A stretch of DNA of 55,005 nt from Girardia tigrina (Eukaryota). The notes below the pieces were generated by a model. It was given only the letters and a program-made list of their open reading frames with translations. It did no database searches and was not told the DNA's origin. The stretch lies in the NCBI GenBank assembly GCA_001938485.1, contig MQRK01244079.1, positions 8,338-63,342 on the forward strand, read 5' to 3'. Every line of letters starts with the position of its first letter. Within the stretch, counting starts at the first letter, position 1. Both the position numbers and the translations under genes were made by a program. Shown piece by piece: positions 12,681 through 24,712 of this stretch.

Positions 12681-14674
12681 CTGTTTCATTATAATTATAT
12701 ACCAGATGTTCGCAGATGAGCGGGAGGAATTCCCTCTCTCCATTGATTGTGACGACAGTCGCCCCTTTACCCGGTGAATTTATGATGTCATAACCTGCGT
12801 ACCGTCAGCGTTCGGATGAAGAGAGTTAATTTTGAGGTCCATTAATGAGAATTAGTTTTTCATATGATTTACTTTATTTTGTTGAATCGATTAACTTTTA
12901 ATAACTTTTTATCTCTCCTGTGTCTGACTGGTCATTTTAATAAGTTAATAAAAGTGTAATAAATGTTGATTAATTAATTTATAATTAAAAAACAAAGTTT
13001 ATACATTACAAATAATCTAATTAACTACAATTAATTTTCCATTACTTATATTAATATAGACTTTTGCTCTTGACTGCAGATTCACTGTACTTAAATGAAA
13101 ACGATAGTCAAATAACAAAAGATGAAATGCATAGTGTGATGAGTGATTTTTTCATGAACTCGGTCTGTATTCCATGAGTGCTTGATATCACATAGTTTTT
13201 ATTTATATTTTCCACTGTTAACTGAATTTAAATACATTATATAATATTTTACAATCAAAAGTAATATCGTTGAAATCAAAAGTTAAATTTCTTAGTACAA
13301 ACCTTAATGTTTTTATCATATTAATTTAATTATTTTTAAATGAATGCTATTTATTAGAAAAGACCATTTTAGAATACAATTTTTATTAAAATAAATATTA
13401 CTTTATTAAAAAATTGTAATCTAAAATTTCGTTTTATAATTTTTAAAAAATAATTGTCATTGTTTTTTAAATTTCTCAGTAATGCTATTTATAATTATTA
13501 TTTATTTTAGATTCCAATCCTTATGAGTGATAATCATGTCTTATAATTAAAGACGTTTACCAAAATATATCAAATGAAAAAAGATCTTAGCAGACTTGTA
13601 AAGCGGCCTGGAAGTTCTTCACTTTCCAGACCGTAAAATTCGCCAAATAATGTTGGTTCATTCGTCTCCTTTGTTCTATGAGATTGGGCTTAAGCGTATT
13701 CGCCGCGTCGGGATGCCCGTCTGGTCTCGGTCGGCGCCACACTAAGACTGGATAATGATATCGATAAACACCCAACAAAAACCCGAAACGATGAAATAAC
13801 CCACCGGATAAGGATGGTGTTTGCACGAGGAAATGAAACCTGCCATCTTGCCCTCCGAACCAACGAGAACATACGATTGGTAATAAATCGATTATTCGAG
13901 TCAAAATATTATTCATTCGAAGATACATTATATCACATATATTTTTTCATTAAAAGACGTAATTTTTTTTCAAAAATCTTTTTATTAGTACTAACAATCA
14001 GTTATTCAAAGTGTCGCTTTCGATCATTATTTGTTTAATTTATATAAACAAATCATTATGGATAATAATTGTTTTGTTTTTTTATTTATATTTACATTTT
14101 CGCAATTCGTGATTTTTTTAATGACATTTATTCATGCAATAATTTAAGGTTTATTTATTTTTTTATAGGATTTAAGATTCACTACAACTTGGTTTTTGAT
14201 AGATAACTTATTTATTGCAGAGACAGAAAGGATGTTAAATATCAACTATGCTAATGCTATAAAAAATATTAATTAATATGAAACGAGTAATCTAGCAGAA
14301 ACAGTGAAAAGAATGGTGGCGATAAACATGTTAACAATAAATTCTGTTATTAAAATATGGAATTATTACCTATCAAAAGCAGTTGACTTTGAAAAGATTA
14401 AAAAGAAATAAGAAAATCAAGAAAACAGAATGAAAATATCAGAATAAAGCATTATCTATAACAGCAAGGTCTAAAAATAACTCTTAAATTGTCACAGAAA
14501 AATTAAAAAAGTAAATGAACCGGATAAAATAATTATAATTAATATTATTGGGTTCGTGATTAAAATTCAAAGTCATTATTTGCAAACTATATTTCTAATA
14601 CAACTTTCATTATTCAAACAAATTTATGAGAAACAATATTTCAGTTACATAAACCAGATTTTCAAATTTTAAAT

Positions 14675-14705
<31 letters not shown>

Positions 14706-14756
14706 ANNNNNNNNNNNNNNNNNNNNNNNNNNNNNNNNNNNNNNNNNNNNNNNNNN

Positions 14757-14794
<38 letters not shown>

Positions 14795-14797
<3 letters not shown>

Positions 14798-15432
14798 TAA
14801 TTTATTCAATTTTGCATAAATCCTATTTTATTTTTGTTTTATTAATTTTTACAATGTTTATTAATTTGAAATATAAATTTAGATCTTTAAAATTATTTTA
14901 ATAGACATGTCCTATAAAAATTCAGTTCCTAAATAATTTTCCTTTAATTTTAAAAATTCAATTATAAATTATTTTTTAATGAGAATTTTCGTGGACAATT
15001 AACTTCAATAAAACATTATGATTTTTATTTTAAAGTGTTACAAGATATAACAAAATCTTCTTTACAATATTCTTTTACTATGAAACTGTTATTTTAATTG
15101 TGATTTTTTAAACCTAATTTTTTATAGAAGTACCTTCAATTTAATTAATAAAATATTATCATTACACTATAATTTTTTATAAAACTTATTTCATTTTAAT
15201 TAGTAAAAATATTATCTATAAACTTAAATTTTTATATATAATTTCTTTCAAAAGTTCTTTCAATTTAATTTTTTATAAAATAAGTTTTTTATTATAGTGT
15301 AATGATAATATTTTAATAATTATTTCATTTTAATTAGTAAAAATATTATTTTTTAATTTATCTCAAATATAATTATGATTTTTAATTTAAAAATATCAAA
15401 AATTTACAGTTCACCAAAAAGAACCCCTAACA
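14795..15432 (-). repeat. LTR-like dispersed repeat family B, copy 1
   Basis: 14915-15432 is the reverse complement of 53363-53970. The terminus TGTTAGGGG appears on the plus strand as CCCCTAACA ending at 15432. The left boundary is uncertain (TATA/AATA flanks). Confidence 0.7.
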
Positions 15433-16459
15433 AATATAATAATTATTTTAACAATGATCTCGAGAACGTTGTTTGTACTTCAGTTATGGTTCAATTTATA
15501 TTTAAGACGATCATATGCGAGAGCAAGAAAAGGAAGATTGGATAATATAAGATTTCCTACACTTCGTAGTAGATATAAACTTAATTTAAAGCACAATGAA
15601 AAGTGACATGAAATATTGCAAGACAATTACAAACAGTACAATTAATACAAACATATATAGCGAAAATGTATGTGAATTGTGCGTTTATGTAAGAGATGTT
15701 TAAAAACGAGCAGTGTGTATCTAATTCTAGGCAATCATGTAAACAAAAAATACAGATTAGATATCACTAGGCCCCAGCCTCTTTATATCTTCTGATAATA
15801 GAAGAAAATGTTATGTTTTGGTGTTAAACATGATGCAGATTTTTTTTTAACATTTTAAGTTTAGTATTGGAACTAATTCCAATATATCTAAACTAATTTT
15901 TTATATGACCCATGCTAATTTTGTTATTGTAAGTTTAAATTTTGACTCATAATGGTAACACATTTACCATATTTTCACGAATATAACTCGCGGGTCATTA
16001 GTGATTTTATCTACGCCCAGCGCTACTCGCAGGGTATAAAAGTAGGTGGTGTATCCTAAAAATAATTTACACGATAGCAACTAAAATTACACAATGATAA
16101 ATAGTGGATAATATGTGATTCTACATACTCCATTTATAGTTTATTTGGCTTGCTTTTATATTTTAATTAAAATTTATATTTATTTAATTTTTAATTTTAA
16201 ATGATTTTTGCAGGATTTAATGTTGAAAAAGGAATTTTTATAAGTAAAGTATATATAAGGACTTACTACTTAAAATATCTTTTTACAATATAAATAATCT
16301 ATTAAATGATTGAAAATTAGTTATTAAATGTTACTTTCAAGTTATTAACTGAAAGCTACTGTAAATCGTAATCTAAAATTAAATAACCAATTAAAATGTA
16401 GAAAATAAAGTAAATTTTGTAATTACGTTTTTTTAATAGTAAATAATATGAATATAGAG

Positions 16460-16989
16460 TTGCTTGCTGGGGTGCCTACAAGACTTCTTCCGTATGCAAC
16501 TCTTGTGCTGCAGCTTACTCCAAATTCATCAACAAATATTAGCTTTTCATCGTCCTGAAGCATGTAGTCACTGCAATAAGATTCTCGAGTGTTTATTACA
16601 TCAAGTGCGTTTCTTCTTTCTGGAACAAAAGTAACTCTCTTAAGAGAGTAGTTTATGTCCTTTAAGGAGCTATTTATTGTTGTAAGACTTGCTGTGATAT
16701 TCAAATCTTCATATATCTTCTTTTGTAAAACATGCAACGGTACACTAACATCTTCCCTTATAGCATCAATCATCACTTGCTGCGCAGCTTCAGTGACTTT
16801 CTTCTCCCGGCCTGGTAGTGTATATTTTTACATATTCGCCCGGTTTTTTTTATATAGCCTTATGACAGAAGCGACGGAATTTTCATTTAAATCAAGTTCT
16901 TCAGAGATTTTTCGAGGTCCTTTTCCAAATTTATATATTCTAATTAGATTTTCTCTGGTTTCATTTGTAAATTGCTTTTTCTTTTCCAT
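16460..16989 (-). mobile_element. IS630/Tc1-superfamily transposase, 5' half (frameshifted, truncated)
   Basis: MEKKKQFTNETRENLIRIYKFGKGPRKISEELDLNENSVASVIRLYK forms an HTH. It is followed by ...YSLKRVTFVPERRN...LIFVDEFG...YGRSLVGTPA, which contains the first catalytic Asp. Confidence 0.85.
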
Positions 16990-17528
16990 CCTAAGGATAT
17001 GGTTTGAATAGTATTTAAACGTTTAATTTATTGAGTCGTTAAATTAAATTGGACAGTCGTTATTTAAAGTTTTAAACTCGTTAATTAATGGTGTAATTGT
17101 TTAATTTGCTGTTTAATTATAATTGAAAAGTACTTATTAATATTTACATAAAATTATACATTATTTACATTATTTACTGTGAAAAGAAAACAAACCACAA
17201 GATAAAATTATGAACATAATAAAAAATTGAAATTAGTAAGCATTAAATAAAAAATCATTAAGCCATTCAATATCCAAGTAACTTATTGAATACTTATTAC
17301 GTACAACAATTCCAAAATTTAATAAATTTCAATCCTCTCGTGAATTCCAAGCGAATTTTATTACTCAATTTATTGGAAATTCCCTACCGACTGATTTTTC
17401 TTTTTTATTGTTGATAGTATTAACTTCTTTTTCTCCGTTTGTTGTTTCGTTATCAATATAAATTTTTTAACTTAATTTTTATTTATATGTGAATTAAGAA
17501 TTAAATTAATATATTTAATTCACCTCAC

Positions 17529-18810
17529 TGGTGTCAGAATAAGAAAGGAGCCCATCACAAATAACCAAAAAATACTCACTCAGCCACAACAATCTAACAA
17601 CCTCATACATTCAATTTTACAGTAATGTCTTCATACAAATTAAAATCCCCCACTTATAATCAAGCAGTTTACTCAAACATAATACCGAACCATATCAACC
17701 AAATTAGTCTTCTGAACAATTCTCAGAAAACAGAATATTACAGAAAATCTGTATACAACTCATCAATCATCGAAAGCCAATATTACAGAACACTTGAAAA
17801 AATTTCAAATTCACAAATCTTAAATACTTACTGCATAAATTGGAAATCGAAAATGAAAATGAAATACTTGAGTATTTGAAATAATAATAATTGAAATAAA
17901 TATTCTTAAAAAACAACAAAAAAAACAAGTCTCAAACATCTTTTAAAAGGAACTGTTGTCGAGAGAACATCTTATTCGAAAACATCATCTTTCACAGAAA
18001 AAAACATATGCTGGTACCACTCAACTTTCAAGAAGAATGCTTACAGATACCAACAACCTTGTGCGTTTCAAAGTACAAAAAAAGAAATAATCAAACCAAG
18101 AATACGAACTTTCTACAATTCAAAATTCCAAAAAGACTCCAACTTGAATAAAGTTGCAGAAATAACAAATACAACCAAAGAATTAAATAATGCATACCCA
18201 AAAGCCAAATACATAGGAAAAAATACAGAGACAGCTCAAATTGTTCAATCAACAAAAACAGAAGAAAAACAGATTACAAACAAATCAAAGAATACGTAAA
18301 CCCAAACAACAAACACTACACGATTTGAAAACAGAGAAACTCAAACAATTAAAAATCAATCACGGACAAAAACTTCAGGCAGTGAAATGCAGATACAATC
18401 AATATCATTGCAAAAATAAACCAAGGATAAAGAAATACAAACTCAACATATACCAATCACAATATACAGAAATATCCATTCGCAAACCAAAAATACTGAA
18501 GACAAACTAGTCACAAACTTATACAAAACAATTCAAAACCCATGGCATGTAATCATCGAAAAACAGTCCCCAATGGTTTATACATTGAAAACGAAGAAAC
18601 TATATCCAAACCAAACCAAAACTTAGAAATAACTGGATGCTACTACGGCATTAACACAGTGGCTAGAAATGGCGTCCCTCGACAAGAAATAAATACATAC
18701 CTTTACAATGACATCTTTGCATTAGTAAGGGACAACAAAAAACACATTCGATGGTCCTTATAAAATTGTCGATCAACAGAAGAACTCCCTCATCCTAGAG
18801 ATGAACCATA
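17529..18810 (+). mobile_element. Decayed LTR-retrotransposon internal region with primer-binding site
   Basis: TGGTGTCAGAA at 17529 follows ...CCTCA and is a typical tRNA-Leu-type Gypsy PBS. The sense strand is A/C-rich with broken ORFs, and the integrase C-terminal motif FDGPYKIV lies near 18747-18770. Confidence 0.6.
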
Positions 18811-19553
18811 CACCAACCCAGGTAAACAAAAAAGAATCAGATTCTTCCCTAAAAAAACCTCTAAACGAAACTCAAATCCTTCTACTCGACAATGACATAC
18901 AGTCATTAGCATATATATGCATATCATTTAATTTATATAAACCTATTTACTTATTTAATTTCTTTTACACTATTTTTCCCAAACTGGCTAAATGTTCGAT
19001 CAAAATAATAAATTTTCTTCTCCAAATATTATTTACTAGATTTGATCTGATCGAGGCCATTAATTTAGTTGACAACAGAATTGTGATCTATATAGACAGA
19101 TAAAAGAGAAGCATCACACAAAGATTTTGGAATAATATTGAGCTATATTGCGAAAAATTAAAGGTGAAAACCTAATTGAAAAAAATATTGATTATATATA
19201 TATATAACAAGAACAACAATATGACATTTCACATTTTTATTTTTACAACACGTTTGATTGTCCTCAGGACAACCTTTGTTAAAGCTTTCGTAAAGTTGCA
19301 TTAATTAATGACTTTAATCTTATTATCTGAGCAAATGGAGAAATAAATAATTTGTTTAAATATTTACTCAAAATTTATTGGATAAAAAATTAAAATGATT
19401 ATTAATTATTTAAAAATATTAAATCAATTTATTTATTTATAAATTGTAAATAAATTTGAACATTACATATTTTCAGACAATAAGAATTCAAATATTAATC
19501 AACCATCTGGGTAGGAGATACACAATTCCAAATCAACATTCAAAATATTCCAC

Positions 19554-19586
<33 letters not shown>

Positions 19587-19902
19587 NNNNNNNNNNNNNN
19601 NNNNNNNNNNNNNNNNNNNNNNNNNNNNNNNNNNNNNNNNNNNNNNNNNNNNNNNNNNNNNNNNNNNNNNNNNNNNNNNNNNNNNNNNNNNNNNNNNNNN
19701 NNNNNNNNNNNNNNNNNNNNNNNNNNNNNNNNNNNNNNNNNNNNNNNNNNNNNNNNNNNNNNNNNNNNNNNNNNNNNNNNNNNNNNNNNNNNNNNNNNNN
19801 NNNNNNNNNNNNNNNNNNNNNNNNNNNNNNNNNNNNNNNNNNNNNNNNNNNNNNNNNNNNNNNNNNNNNNNNNNNNNNNNNNNNNNNNNNNNNNNNNNNN
19901 NN

Positions 19903-19947
<45 letters not shown>

Positions 19948-21029
19948 TTTTTAAAGACCAGAAATATTAGTTGCCACTACTTGTGTCGACATCATTATTT
20001 TCAGTAAAAGTGGCTTTTCTCTTATAAGCAATCAAAAATTTATTTGTCTGAAAATATAACCATAATTAATATTATCAATAAGAACACAAATCAGAAAGAC
20101 AAAATATATTAATTTCAATTGTAAAATATTCGCCTAAAATGTCGTTAGTTAAACAACAATAAAACACTAGAATTTAAGGCTTAAATTGACTTGAACTTGT
20201 CAGAAACTTAAATTTTAAGTTATAAGAAATTTCTATACCCATATAAGTTAATTTAAAATTTAAAAAAAATAAAAATTATTTAATAATTAAATATAGTTAA
20301 ATTAAGTTTTTGATAATAATAAGTTTTTCAAATGATGATATTTGATACTATTATTTATATTGTTCTTAAAATACTAATCTTTTAAATTACCTACTATTTT
20401 GATCAGTAAGTAATTACGACATAAACAATATTTTTTTATTCTTATTTAGTATTTTATTTATAAAACTTTAGCAATCATTTCGAAAATTGCTCGTTGTGGC
20501 TAATATTCACGCCTGTACTTAGACTAGGTAGCGCCTCACAGTTTAGAAAACGCTGAAATAATGTTTTGAATTTATTGATTTAATATAATAAAGTGAATCG
20601 ACTCATAAAGTGGCAATCGTCACAAAACCATATGAACGTGATATTCATATACATACTTATATATTTTATTTAATTTAATTAATTTTTTTAATGATGTTAT
20701 TTAAATTATTTATTGATTTTATTTATTTAATTTATTTTTTTTCATTTTAATTAGTTTAACTATTTTTTTAATTATAATATTGGGGTCAATCAAAGTGATA
20801 AATAGAATCGCAACGCGACCAATTTGAACTTTCAGATCTTTTTCCTTTAATGAAGTTGTAAAACGAGTCGATTCTGTCAATTTGACAAACGAGATTGGAT
20901 TGGTAATAACGATTATTGTCATTTATAAATTTATTTAAAATCAAGTACGGATGCATTTGACCCATATTGCAAAAACAGGATCATTTTGATAGACGCTTTT
21001 TAATCCACTATCAACCAATTTACGTCAAT

Positions 21030-21191
21030 AGCAAAGTTGGTAGCAGTAACCATGGCTTCAATTTCATAATCAGTAGTCAAGGATAAAGTGGTAAATACAG
21101 TTTCCATAGCTCCAGTTACCTCCCTAAAGAGTTGATTGTATAAAGCAGCAGTCTTTTCCTTCATTAGTGCAAATATACATGGTGCAGTCAA
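21030..21191 (-). mobile_element. MULE/Mutator transposase fragment
   Basis: PCIFALMKEKTAALYNQLF...LTTDYEIEAMVTA resembles the MULE motif P.x(Y/F)AL..K....Y..LF...TD(F/Y)E.A. Confidence 0.6.
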
Positions 21192-24100
21192 ATATAGTAA
21201 ATCACTTTACTTAAACATTAATTATTATTCATTTACCATATTAAAATAATGCTTAAAGGGATTTTTATTGTTTCAGCTAATTGGAGTTGGTCACTTATTT
21301 AGACCATATAGGTGCTAGGTGTATTACAGACAAGTGCGCGAAAATCATGTTAATTACAGACGCATTCTATTAAATAATATATATAACAAGCAGAAAGATG
21401 TCTACAATCTGGAAATCATATATACATTGATGCATCAACAAACACCAGATGAAAATATAAATCTGAAACTGGCAAAATATCAAGTCATATTTAATTTCGA
21501 GAAGAAATTGAAAGCGGTTAGAAATATTTATCTTGTAAAAGTAGCATAGGGCATCACGACAAAACACTGTTTTTTTCCTTTTGGGATATATCATTCCTAG
21601 GGAGCATGTCGACGATGGTTATACTTTGTTGTGCTGTCGCTGTTTGATTCCTGCATCATTGCAATGCTATAAATATTGATGAACAGATGTAGAAGAAAGC
21701 CATTATATATTCTAGTGTAAACTGGCTTACGAGCTTTGCGCAACTCTTACCAAAGAAGGAACCCACCTTCCATATTTGTGTATGTGTTTTAGGCTTTCCT
21801 AATGTGCTTTCCAAAAAGGTAATGTAAGATACTTGGGATGATGAACTTTCTAGTTATTGTGTCTGATATGTTAACATATTTTAGCAGGAAAGGGATTCCT
21901 CAAGTGGCTATAAAGAAGGACCTTGTCACCTTTGCACACGAACTAAAGATGAAAAACAGCGCCTCAGTACCGTCAATGTCGAAAATTCGTATTTACAGCT
22001 GCAAGCATAATATTAAAATCACACCATTATTTCTAATTATTTAAAATCACATTAATTCTAAAAATAGACATTTGGCAAATCAATTTTTACTTTACTGTGA
22101 TGTGATTGACTGATATTCTTATGTCTACATGTATAAGATGTACTTTTCTTTATATGTCATTTTTTTCACACATTTACCAGTTTACATTATGGGTCAAAAA
22201 AGTGACATTTCCAATGATAAAGTTGACCAGATTGACATTTTACATAATATCTTCAAAGATACGTATTTTACAGTCTTCTGTGTGCAAATGCCTGGAAATA
22301 ATAAATGAGCTCGTCAACTTTAAGGCAACACAATGATCAGGACGTCGTTTTGTTAAAAGCCGCAGAACTGATTCTATCATTCGCAGTATTGTTCTTGTTA
22401 ATTCCACAGCCTCAACTATTTTCATTGCAACATGTTACCTGTCTAAGATACTCTTAGTGTTCATACGATTTGTAGAAGGCTCTCAACGATTTTAAATTGA
22501 AGACATACCGACCTAATTCCAAACCCCTGTTATCCAGAAAAAATGTCAAAGATCCATTTCTGTTCTGCTGAGCACATTGCAAATGGACAGTGGATGATAC
22601 GGCGTAGGTGATGTTCTCTGATGAATTAACTATCCGCCAGTTCAATATTTATTCCCCGTATATTCGTCGACCTCCTGGTGATCTGTACAACCACAGATAC
22701 ATTATTCCTATCGTTAAACATAATTCGATATTGGGAGCGATTTCTGTACGAGGGTCATTGAATCTTTGGTTTGTGCCACCGAAAGTGACTGTTCCTTCCG
22801 TTGTGTATGGACATATTCTCGAAGATCGAGTAGTTGCTTGTATAGAAGCGAAACATTGCTCTATTTTTTAACATCGATTTTTTTGCGACCACTTAAGGAA
22901 CAGCTGGACGGAAGGACGATCAACAGTTGCAGTAAATACTTTATAGATTCTTTCGAGCTCTTATTAAAATAGTGACAAATCGAAAATGCACATTTACAGA
23001 GCTGCCCATCCAGTTAACTGAAATTCTTCTTATTAACACTACAATAACCGCAGGGACAAACGTATAATTCTTTGACGAAATTAAAACAAGTCAAATCCGC
23101 CAGAGACCCATAGATCATTTTGATTTCATTAAAACTCTGTGTAAAAGTAACGAATTTGATGAATTAATAGATATATAAATAAATTCATTACTTTATCGTA
23201 AAAAAAAGTAATCAAACAGTGAACAAACTAGGCTAATCAAAAGAAATATTTGATGAACCTAGTTGTGTCTCAATTAAAAGAAAAAACAACAGTCAACCAA
23301 AAAAAATTTAAAAATCCTTCGATTAACAAATTTTTTAATAATCAAAAATAACCTAAATACATGAACCACCGGAGTTATATCATAAAATATTGTTATGATA
23401 TTAATTTTTTGAATTTTAATTTTTTATTGATTTAATTATTGTTTTAGATTTTCATTATTATTAATGCCGACGGCTTTTTGCGCTTTCATATATATTTCAT
23501 ATTTATCCTGATAAAAATATTCAACGCGTGAATCTGACTTCAATTGAGTGAATTTATGAGCACTTTTATCACTAATATAAATCTGAAAAACTTTCGATAC
23601 TTTATCAAATTCTTGGAGTTCGGATTTTGGATCATTTAATTCATAACTGATGCAGTTTATTTTTGATCCAAATATTCGGTTTAAAAAAACGGCAACGGTG
23701 AAAGTATAACCTTTTTTTATTTCGCGCCAAGAAATATCGTCTTTATTAATATCAATCATAATTGGACAACAAAAATAGTTAACGTCTTCAGTGAATGTTT
23801 TCATTTCCATTCATGTTTCTCATTGATAATGGGACGCTTAAATATCATCACATTGATGTCTTTCAATAAACCCACTGAATCTCGTAACATAAAATTACGT
23901 TTGATCTAATCATCTTGCATTTCAAAGACGGTCAAAACAGAATTTTCCAGGGCCGAAAAAAACAATTTAATCTTATCTATAACATCCTTCACAGACTCAC
24001 TCGGACGAATACAAATCACAAACTAATAAAATACAAAAATTCACACCGCTACACGAAATAAAAGACCAACAAAAAAATAAGAAAAACAAATAATCACATG

Positions 24101-24640
24101 CGAAAGTCACAATGCATAGCAAAGAAAAAAACAGTGGAAGAAAGACTCACATTACACTCTGGTTCCTCATACGACTCAAAAACGATAATTGAACCAGTAT
24201 ATCTGTGCTGATGTTATTCAAACTGTGAGTATCTCCCTCATTTGTACATTAATTTGTCGAACAAATCAATCTGCAAACTTCCTCCTGCGTCTCGAAACAA
24301 GTTTTGCATTCGTTAAACTGACCTCTATTATTAAAATCTTTTTAATTGTCCATTTTGTTTTATTCAAAGCAGAATACGTTATGTCACCATTTATTTTTAA
24401 ATTCAGCTAAAACAATACCAACATTGATTTGAATAAACAAATTCGATTAAACCTTTAAAAATTCGTACAAAAAAACCGGTCAATCAGAAAAGGCCTAAAA
24501 ATATCATATTTTGTATTTTAATGCGAAAATCACTATAATGTTGTGTTTTAATTTTATATTTTTTTAATGTAGCAAAAAGCTCTTTGTTACCTTTATTTAT
24601 TATAAAAATAAGAAAACGCCATTTTCGAATACAATTTTTA

Positions 24641-24686
24641 TTAACGCAATATATTTCGACGGAATATCCGTCATCATCAGGTAATT
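24641..24686 (-). ncRNA. Minimal hammerhead-ribozyme motif in a Penelope-type terminal repeat
   Basis: The minus strand reads AUUAC-CUGAUGA-U-GACGGA(UAU)UCCGUC-GAAA-UAUA-UU-GCGUUAAU-AAAA. Stem II is a perfect 6 bp, stem III is palindromic and stem I is imperfect. It is followed by AAUAAA and AAAUGGCGUUU, as at the Penelope end 48934-48978. Confidence 0.7.
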
Positions 24687-24712
24687 TTGATTGTAGCTGT
24701 AAAGCTTATATA

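Noticed and set aside
16423-18900. Possible Fanzor/TnpB cargo beside the IS630-like transposase
   Set aside because: No RuvC motifs or CxxC...CxxC finger are seen. The neighbouring DNA has a PBS and GPY motif of an LTR retrotransposon.
19456-20007. Long ORFs containing X runs (also 31280-31863 and 47171-47755)
   Set aside because: They are artefacts of translating N gaps and (TA)n microsatellites.
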